From: Eledone cirrhosa
Taxonomy: Eukaryota
Direction of reading: 5' to 3'
NCBI GenBank assembly: GCA_964016885.1
Contig: OZ024743.1
Location: forward strand, 98,518,001-98,582,000
DNA: 64,000 nucleotides
Shown here: piece after piece, positions 1 to 64,000 of the stretch
Position numbering within the stretch: the first letter of the stretch is position 1
How the letters are laid out: every line of letters starts with the position of its first letter
Position numbers and translations under genes: made by a program
The notes under the pieces: model-generated
Seen by the model: only the letters and a program-made list of their open reading frames with translations
Told to the model about the DNA's origin: nothing
Databases searched by the model: none

Positions 1-1610
1 ACTTGGCTAGTATCAATAGCACAGGAGATGGAAATATGATCTACAAACCACTGCAGAGAATTATGGTCTGTATCACATGTCTATTTACAGTTAGACACTA
101 TACAGCATTCAGAGTTGAGAAATGAATTGTTAGCATATTGACCAGCAGTAACTTTCAAAGTAATAGGAAAAATACTGATTATTATGTTTTAAAGCCATTT
201 TCCATGCTAAACCAACAGGTAACATTGCAAGCCACATACTTATTATGGGCCTTTTTTAACCCTTTAGCATTTACATCACTCTATATATGCTATTGTATTT
301 TCATAGTAAACACTTTATTTCGCATAAATATCTCACATAATATTGAATCTATGAGATATTGATATTATTTATTTTGAGAACAATATCTTAACATAAGTAT
401 GAGTAGTCGGTTACAGCCAGTTTGAACAGAAAGAAATGAGAGAATTCTGGCCGGATAAGGCTGGTTTAAATGCTGAAGAGTTATGGCAATGTTTTATGGC
501 TAGATGCTCTTCCTGGTGCCAATAGTTTTAGTCATCTCTTAAAACATGCAGGGATCTGGTACTTTAATTGGAACCATATATATACAGAGAGAAGAATTAC
601 TGATTACTTAAGTTGATAAATAAAGAAATATTATAGATACTTTTTTCCGTGCAACTCGTCTTTTATATTGATCAACTTTCTCCAGTTGGTCAGGTCTCTA
701 AATTATAAGAAAGACAGAAAAAATATCACATAAAAGTTAATTTTCAAATGAAATGTTTCATACAAAGATAGTATTAGAAATATTACTTTCAAACATACTT
801 TTCTAAATACCACTAATATTATACATAGCCTCAGTAGTAAGCATTTTAAAGCCATTTTTCCCTGTGAAAGCAAAAATTAGCCTTAATGGCCTTATGAAAG
901 GCTTCATGTTGATCATGAGGTTCTTTTTGAGGCAATGTTTCATGGCTGGATGCTCTTCATGGTGCTAACCTTTTAGTTGACACTTATGGCATGCAGTTTT
1001 ACCTTCCTGTTGTCAATCACATATTAATCATCTGTGAAGCTGCAAAACCCATTGCCACATAAGATTCATAGGGTGTGTCTTGGAACTACACCTACCAAGT
1101 GGAAATAGCTGTCTACTGCTGCAGAAATCTGGAAGGAAGAAGCAGCAGAAATAGTTCTTCATTCTAGATCAGTAACCAGTGACAGGAGCTCGTGCAAAGT
1201 AATACAAGCTAGAGACAAGTGTAAGGCATGTTCTTCCCATTTAATGTCTATTTTCCGTGCTTGCATAGATTAGACAGGTTGTCATGTTTTGAGGTTAGTC
1301 AAGTGACCACATCTAGTGCATACATTCCATGGTGTGGTTTCTATGGCTTGATGCCCTTCCTAATACCAACCTCTTTATAACCAGTATTATCACTTTACAG
1401 TACATACTTGGAGCACTTTATCACTACCACTTTACAAGATGAACTGGGTGCTTTTTTATTGTGGCATTTAAGAATTTAGAAACAACTTAACCCTAGCCTT
1501 GTGCCTATATAAGAAACCATTATTAATGTTTGGAGCAACACAAAACAAAAAATAAAAAGTTTTGTATGAAAAAGTTTAAGCAGAAAAATAAACCCCCAAA
1601 ACATAAATAC

Positions 1611-1712
1611 CTGGAAACGACTTGAGACATGTTTTGCAGCATTATCTATAGCTTCAGCTTCCAATCTACCAAGATCCAGCGGTGCTGGTGGGGTTGAGGT
1701 ACTTTCTCTCAT
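1611..1712 (-). CDS. EXOC3: first coding exon of probable exocyst component 3 (Sec6); the gene continues left of the window
   Basis: MRESTSTPPAPLDLGRLEAEAIDNAAKHVSSRFQ followed by a GT donor, with an acceptor TTTGTAG ending at 1733. It resembles the Sec6 N-terminus (MDLQQLEEQARQAALKDIQNMLQ-RPGQLEKV) as recalled; only 34 aa are visible. Confidence 0.7.
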
Positions 1713-2402
1713 TTATCAAATTTCCAAATCCACTACAAAAGTTAAGAAAATTACGATTAACAAAATCCAATTCTAAAATGTTAACGGAATACAATCTTGT
1801 CTCATTTTTTCCAATTTCTGTTGTATAGCTCGAAAACACGTAGATGTCAGGCATATTTGTTTATCAATAATATATAATTGACTAAGATTGTATTTTCTTC
1901 ACTATAATTATTTCCAGCCATTGCTAGAAGGGAAAATGTTCGTTAAGAGATGATGCAGTCATAGTGCTGTTTTGTACTTTCAACAATGTTCTTGCTAATG
2001 TGGTTTCGTGTGGTACCTTAAGAGTTAATATGAGCAGAATATAATATATATGGAATGAGCGACTCGGTCACTATTCCCAGTTATAGCCATTTACTTCATT
2101 TAAACCACTGTGTCCATAGGGAAGAAATATTATAAATATAAATCAAGCAACTGGATATCTTTTGATATGAGTGATTAATAGAAGTATCTACGCATTTCCA
2201 TCCATATATATATATATATATCAAGTAAGTATGTTTTGAAACAGTGAGCAGGTTTGAAATTAGAAAATAGAATAGCTTTCACCGTATTTTTGACTAAAGG
2301 AATTTTAGCCTGATAATGGGGTTTAGAACCCTCAGATAAATGGAAAAAGATGAGTATTGACGTACATATATATATATATATATATATATAATAGGGTTTA
2401 AG

Positions 2403-2977
2403 GGCGTTCCTTACTTTTAGCGGTCGCAATAATGAAAGTAAATTTATTTTCATTTTCGAACGTCGTGTTTACATTTTGTGTGTTTAAAGGAAACATGCTG
2501 GCGACGAAGCTTCTTCTTTGCACGGCTCAATGTGTTCTCTATGAGCTGTGTGTGCACATCAGGGGCCGCAGCATTTACTAAGTTCCATTCGTGCACCACA
2601 ACATCATGAACGTAAATCCCACCTTCAATTTCCTCAATTTCCGAATAGGAAGCCCAACCATCGGAGATGATGCGGCTGCCTGGCAAAATCCCTGGTGAAT
2701 GATTTGGACAAGAGTGTCACGGCTTCGATTTGGGACTTCTACAAGGCAGCAGAGTCCAAAATGGCGGACTCACCATTCTGCAAGCCTCCTTACAAGATTA
2801 CTTCGGTATTGAATACTCTTCTCTCAACCGTCAACTACACACACACATATATATATAATCTGTTAAAACGACAGTAACTAATTTAGATCTAAACACACAC
2901 ACAAAATGTAAACACGACGTTCGAAAATGAAAATAAATTTACTTTCATTATTGCGACCGCTAAAAGTAAGGAACGCC
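2403..2977 (-). mobile_element. Merlin (IS1595/ISXO2-like) DNA transposon, internally deleted
   Basis: ~81-bp perfect TIRs starting GGCGTTCC (2403-2483 / 2897-2977); 9-bp TSD GGGTTTAAG (2394-2402, 2978-2986); frameshifted transposase remnant CLVEVPNRSRDTLVQII...ILPGSRIISDGWASY...VH...VHTQLIE. Confidence 0.9.
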
Positions 2978-3257
2978 GGGTTTAAGTATCGCAAGAGATG
3001 ATGAAGCAGAAAGGTACAAAGAGGTGCGATTCAGAATACTATACGGATTTATTTTAACGGCTTGTAACTCCTTCATTCATTTGCTTATATATATATATAT
3101 ATATATACATATATACGAATTGCAATACAGTGAAACAGTACTCAATACTGTTAGGTAGAGTCGAATAACATTTATTTCAACCTGAGTACTACGAAAGTCG
3201 TTAATCGGAATTTCTCCTTCCTGACCTACGGGCGAAGTTATATACATAGACACACAC

Positions 3258-3311
<54 letters not shown>

Positions 3312-6300
3312 GTTTGTTTGTGCTATAAACACATTAAACCATGCACTGAATTAAGGACTCATGTACAGAGTTGAAATAATAATGTTAATGGTGACTTTAC
3401 ATGCAAGTTTTCCCAACGTTGTTTACTTATCAAAAGATACACAATATATATATATATATATATTGAAAACGGAAATGTATATTTAATTCATAGAATATGT
3501 TTGTTCGTTTTTCTCTAAAGAGAAAACTTCAGATGTATTGACGGAATTTTTTAAAATATCAGTTACAGAACCATTTGACAAAAATGTTTAATTCCTCCCA
3601 TCTAAACTATAAACACAAATATACGTTAATATATGCTCAATGGTTAAAGCAATTAAAAACATTCATGCTATAACATTGTTGTACTTACGCTTGCAAGAAT
3701 ATAAAACTATATATAATTCATTTCAGGTAAATATAGTTTAAGATAAAACATTGGGAGGATTCTAAATTGTGTAAAATCGTAGACAAAAGATTTCCTCTTT
3801 AAAGGGAGGTAATTCTCAATTATAAATCGTGTAAAATGGTAAAGAAACGATTTCCTCTTTAAAGGGAGGTAATTCTCAATTTCTACTGCCAGCGACTCTT
3901 TCGCTCCTTCCATCGTCTTAGACGTTGCGACAGTGGAACAGGGCACTTCATTCCTAAGACAGGTTTGCGGTTGTACCCTTGGCAGTGGAGACTTCTGGTG
4001 TCCTCGACACTAAGGCTACCTCCCTACTCACCACCATAGGCGCCTAGCTGGCCAGCCGCAGGTGTGAGCCCTGCGAGTTGGAGTGGATTTTCCAGCGCGT
4101 CTCCCTTACCGTCCTTCGGGGAAACGTCTTCGCCATTCTGTCCGCCGGGGCTGTGGGAAGACAAGCCGATTATATTACGAATTCTGTTAATTAGTCTTAA
4201 ATACGTTTACTACCTGTTGCTTAGCTATGTGAGTAACAGTGTGTTTTATAATTATTTCTGGCAATGTTATAACAACGGAATAAACAACTGAAATACCGAG
4301 ATTTATCTGTAAGCTATGCCTGTGGTATTCGAAACGTTCGTGGAAGCTGTGCCGCCGCTGATGACGAAGTTTTTATCATTGTAGGCGGCAAGCTATACTG
4401 ATTGATGTATCAGATGGTGCTCGTTCAAGTGCTTAGCTATTCCCGTGCCTTCACCTTACTATTGCTCACTTCAATGCAGTGAGTGTCTGGCCACCCATTT
4501 TAACTATGGGTTAAATAGCTTCACCAACCTGCAATTGGCCAAATGTTGTGAGTACGGTTACACCCCTGACATGACCAAAACCATACAGAAAGCGATGGAG
4601 GTCAACCAGGGAGGGGTTCCTCCAACAGGAGTGAGAAGGCCTTGGATTAGACTGGAAACATTATATAATCTAATTTGAATTGTCATTGTCTATTTATTTT
4701 TGTAAATTACATCTATTGAGCATTTTCGAAACTAAAGATTTCACTGACTTAATCCAATGAGTCAACGTTTGTTTCTAGTTATATCGAAAAATGACTTCAC
4801 CTTAGTGTGGCGCCAGAAATGACTGCACAAGCGGGAGTGAAGGTACTCACAAGCCCTTGGCAGTCAGAATGTATTATGGAATGGATTCCATTGAGAGATT
4901 TCCCTCTTGAAGCTTAGACTGAAAGATCGATCTCTGTGAGTGGTGTAAGTTTATGCACCAAACAGCCTAAATACAGATCCTTCCTTGAGGAAGTCACTGC
5001 AGTGTTAGATGTAGCTAAGTGTCTGGCAAAGAGTTGTAGGGAGACTGTTGAGTCAAAGATAACTGATGAATAGTGTGGTTTTACCTTGGAGACAGCACAG
5101 CCGACCAAATATTCACACTGTGGCTGGTTTTTGAGAAATCATGGGAGTATTACCAAGAGGTGTATGCTTGCTTCGCAGACCTTGAAAAGGCAAGACTGCT
5201 TTCCACGGGACCCGCTAAGGCTCTGCAGGAGTATGGGATTGATAGACAACTTCTTGTTGCCCTCATGTTTCTATACAAATTTGTGTTTGGATAAATGCTG
5301 CTAAATCAAAACCATTCAATGTAGAAGTCAGACTCTGCCAAGGGGACAGTGTCAACTCTCCTGTTCATAATCTTCATGAACTGGATTGACATGTGCAACC
5401 ATGTTGGATGTGGTATCCTGACAGCTGTACATTGTATACATGCACCTTTGATGAGTTGTAGTGCACCTGAGCACTTAACACAATAATTTTCATTATTATT
5501 ATTATTATTTAAGAAGACTTCACCTTATTGACTTACTTTGTGGGGTTAGATTAATCATTAAACAAAATAAGTATGTTTAGAGCATCAAGGTAAGAGGGAT
5601 GCCATTTTATCCAAATTAAATGTATTTGTCATTCCCCCAAAATTATTTTCTTGTAGACTTTCTTTATATATGGGAAGTACTTAGGGCCTTAAAATAACTT
5701 AATCAGCCCCTGATCTGGTCCATAGGGTGGTGTTGCACTGTAATCAGTAAAAGAAGCCTGTTTGAACAGAGAGGTGAAAGAATTCTGGCCAGTTTAAATA
5801 GTCTTGCTTTGTGTTCTAGAGCTTGAGAGATATATTTATCTTGATGCAACTATCGACTACATTTACCACACATTTGTTTATGCTTTCCACAATCTTGATT
5901 TTTTGGGGGGAAGGGGGGATGTAATGTTCCCAAAAGTAAGCTAACAAAACAAAATCACTTCCACTCACTCAACGAAACTACTTTTATCAATAAGAATTCC
6001 AAACACTTAAATGACTTTTTGTGCCATTTGATACTATCAATTATCGCATTAGATTAATTTAAAATGTTCATGTTTAATCTTGGTTACATAAATAAATGGA
6101 ATTAATTAACATTTACGAGAATTAATCCTTTCATTACCATATTTTTAATAAAATACACTGCCTATGATTTTCAAATCATTTTGAAAATAATCCAGAATTT
6201 CAAGGAATATAAGTAACTTTCTCAATAATAATCTGGTGTTTGGAGTATAACTTAAGAAGAAAGGGTTTTGCATAAAATTTTGAAGGAGTATTTTTAGATA

Positions 6301-8768
6301 AATATAAACTGATTTGTGAATTAAAACTAACGTAACCCTTTAGCATTTACATTACTCTATATTTTCATGGTAAAGGCTTTACTTCACATAATATCGAATC
6401 TATGGCATTTTGATATTTATTTTGAGAACAATACCTTAATGTTAGTATGGGTGGCAGGTTATAGCTGGTTTGAACAGAAAGAGGTGAGAGAATTGTGGCA
6501 GAATATGGCCAGTTTAAATGCTAAAGGGTTAAAGTTACTAGGGTCAATGCACGTTTTTGAGCATACAACACCCTGGATGGAAGAAAGTGGAGTGTTACAA
6601 CACTGTCCACTTCCACCCAGAGCCTTACAATGCCCATCCTAGATTATTTTTAATAGTCAAAAACGTGTGTTAAGGTACTAACTTAAAATTAGCTTTAAAT
6701 TCAAATTTGTGTTGTTCAATGATTCTAAAAGTAAACTATAGGGCTGGTTTCAGGCAGTTTAGTATAAAAAAATATTACAAAGAAAAACTTATTTCCATTT
6801 ATGCATTAATTTTATTAATTTAACATTTAATGATGCTAATGTATAAAGATCAACATCCAAGTAAAGCTACAAATAGAAAAGCTGTGAAAAGACAACAAAA
6901 AAGGTTTAGTTTTCACATAAAATACAAATTTGTTTTCATTATTTATGAGTAAGAAATAAATGATGCAAATTTTTAACACTCATATAAAATAAACTGGCAT
7001 TAGTTTGCTGAAAGTAAATATTTTCAACTTCAATATGAAAGTTAAAGTTATAGCAAGAAACTGCTTCATGTAATTGTAATGAGAATAAACAAGTGGGTAA
7101 ATTTATAAAATAATGATGATGATAATGGTGATGACGACGATGATGACAATGATGATAGGAGTTAAGTATGGAAAAAAGAATCAAAGAATTACCTAGGAGA
7201 CTTTCTATAAATAAAGTTAAGATAGCTCCCTTTGGAAGAGTTATTCTGAATAAAGTATGAACTTTAAAGAAAAATAAAGAAATTATAACCAAGTTTTGCC
7301 GACCTATCAGTTATAAAAAGGCTCTAGGATATTACATCTACTCATATGATAGTGATGATGATAATTATACTGGTTTCTATTTTAGGCATAAGGCCAACAT
7401 TTTGAGAGAGAGGGAAAGTCAATTAAAACAACCCTAGTTCTTTATTTTATTGATCTCAGAAAGAATAAAGGTAAAGTAGACCTTAGTATGATTTAAAACC
7501 CTCCAAAAAGAGACCTAACTAAATGCCACAAAGTGTTTTGTCCGATGCCCTATTGATTCTGCCAACCACTCTTACTAATAATACATTTTTCTAACATTGG
7601 CACAAAACCTGCAATTTGGGAGACAGGTATAGTCAAGTATATTGATCCTAGTATTTAACTGGTACTATATTCTATCAACCTGGAAGCATGAGAGGCAAAG
7701 TTGACTCTTACTGCTACTGATGATGATGATTTCTAGCATAAAAACAAGGCCACAGATTTTGTAGGATGAAACAGTTCATTTAACCCTTTAGCATTTAAAC
7801 CGGTTATATCTGGCCAGAGTTCTCTCACCTCTTTCTCTTCAAACCAGCTGTAACTAGTCACTCATACTGATGTTAAGGTATTGTTTTCAAAATAAATAAT
7901 ATCAAAATTTCATAGATTTGATATTATGAGAGATAAAGCCTTTACTGTGAAAATACAACAGTATATATAGAGTAATGTAAATGCTAAAGGGTTAATCTTC
8001 CCAGCACCACAAGTACTACTTTTATTGATACTGGAAAGAAGAAAGGCAAAGTCAAACTTGACAGGATTTGAACACAAAATGATGTAACTAAATTCTACAA
8101 GAAATTTTATCTGGCACTACCATTCCTGCCACCCCACTACCCATCTATAATTAATTGTTTCTACTTTTGGCACAAGGCCAGCAATTACCCAGTGCATTAC
8201 TGGTATTTTATTTTATCAACCCCGTAAGGATGAAAGGCAAAGTTAATCTCGGCGGGATTTGAACTCAGAATGGCAAGGGCCGTAACTCTATGCGTCAAAG
8301 CATGGCGTCCGACCCTCTACCGATACTGCCAGTCCACTGCAGCTTGATGTTTTGAGTTCAAATTCCACAGGTTATCTCTGCTTCTTTCAGGGTTAATAAA
8401 ATTTTGCAATTCCAGGTTTTATCTCATTGCATTGCATTTTGGACAAACGGTGTTTACCAAAGACTTGCCAGTTAAATTTGGTAAGGGGAAACTGGATTGT
8501 ACCAGTAATTCAAAAGTCCAGCCTTATCACATATTGTGTCACGCTGAGTCAATGTTAAAGGCACACAATTGTAGAATACTTAACTACTTACACATTAATT
8601 CAGAAACTGGACACTCAGTTGTTTGAACAAGACTTCAGTGAAACCAACAGAGGATCCACCATTGTTAATACCTGCCTCAAGACATTTTTACAGTGTTCAG
8701 AGGGGAGGGGGACAAAAACATAAGGTAAAAAATATTTTTTTAAAATTGTTAATGCTGTTCTGGAAAAA

Positions 8769-63310
<54,542 letters not shown>

Positions 63311-63319
63311 GTTTGAAGT

Positions 63320-63410
63320 CAGTCAACGCGGGAATTGTAAACAGGAAGTGACATCAAGAATTGCGGGAAATGTAAATAGAAACTGACGTAAAAATAACGC
63401 AGGAGATATA
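63320..63410 (-). promoter_or_regulatory. MSH2 proximal promoter/5'UTR with two E2F-like sites plus ETS-, forkhead- and CRE-like motifs
   Basis: GCGGGAA at 63328 and 63363, ACAGGAAGTG at 63341, TGTAAAC/TGTAAAT and TGACGT at 63384, all within 100 bp of the ATG. Confidence 0.55.
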
Positions 63411-64000
63411 ATGACTTAATTTGTTCATTTCTATTCGTCAAATAGCATTCTATCAATAAATATTTGGTTCAGTTACAATAATAACTGTTTTGTGTATGTG
63501 TGACGCCTGAACGAGTATTCCTACCTCCAACTAACTTACTCTCCGCCTCTCTTGGTCCCCGCCGACAGGATGGAAAATACATTGCCTTGAATGACGGCAA
63601 GGGAGACGCGCTGGAACAACCACTGGACCTCGCGGGGCTCGCACCTGCAGGGCTCTCACATGCGGGCAGCCAACGCCTCTCTGATAGCTGTGAGCAGGAA
63701 TGTGATCTGAGGACAAAGAACGCCGGAATTTCCACTGCTTCAGGCTCTACCACAAAATTTTCAGAAAGCAGTACTTGAACAGTTTGTCCTCCTCGGTCTG
63801 GCAGCCAGCAGGGCTTGGGCTGGTAGCTAAACGCACCAGATTGCCACTAGAGAAGGTGTCACAGCATGTAGCATCCCACATTATGTGCCTACTCCTTGTG
63901 TTATTAAACTGGATATTGCATATCACCTCAGCAGCCCATCAGATGCAGATGCCGAGATCTGTGAGGAAAGATGCTTGGCTGTAGCAGGGGACACCGTGAA

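Noticed and set aside
3770-3882. ~59-bp direct duplication (also a ~36-bp duplication at 52228-52316)
   Set aside because: Simple local tandem duplications with no further structure supporting a function.
6939-7292. His-rich 117-aa ORF
   Set aside because: Comes from an (ATG/CAT)n microsatellite in AT-rich sequence; no domain or splice support.

Overview
AT-rich, repeat-dense eukaryotic genomic DNA, most likely from a cephalopod (Octopus-like; inferred from the repeat landscape). Most of the window is one complete, intact minus-strand MSH2 (MutS homolog 2) gene, which I rebuilt by hand: 27 coding exons, ATG at 63310, TAA at 8769, 2772 nt and 923 aa, all introns GT-AG and phase-consistent. 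The first coding exon of a probable EXOC3/Sec6 gene lies at 1611-1712 (-). The introns carry RTE LINEs with a PHD finger inserted inside the RT, their partner tRNA-derived SINEs, about 14 TTAA/piggyBac-type MITEs, CR1 fragments and several minisatellites born from transposon sub-segments, including a 9.2 kb 50-bp array. A Merlin transposon with 81-bp TIRs and a 9-bp TSD lies just upstream of the EXOC3 exon. The most notable signal is a cluster of Penelope-like elements in MSH2 intron 15, inserted into (TA)n tracts. It has a GIY-YIG remnant and three type I hammerhead ribozyme folds within 2 kb, and the ends of related copies coincide with the predicted self-cleavage sites. All calls come from reading the sequence; no database searches or folding programs were run.
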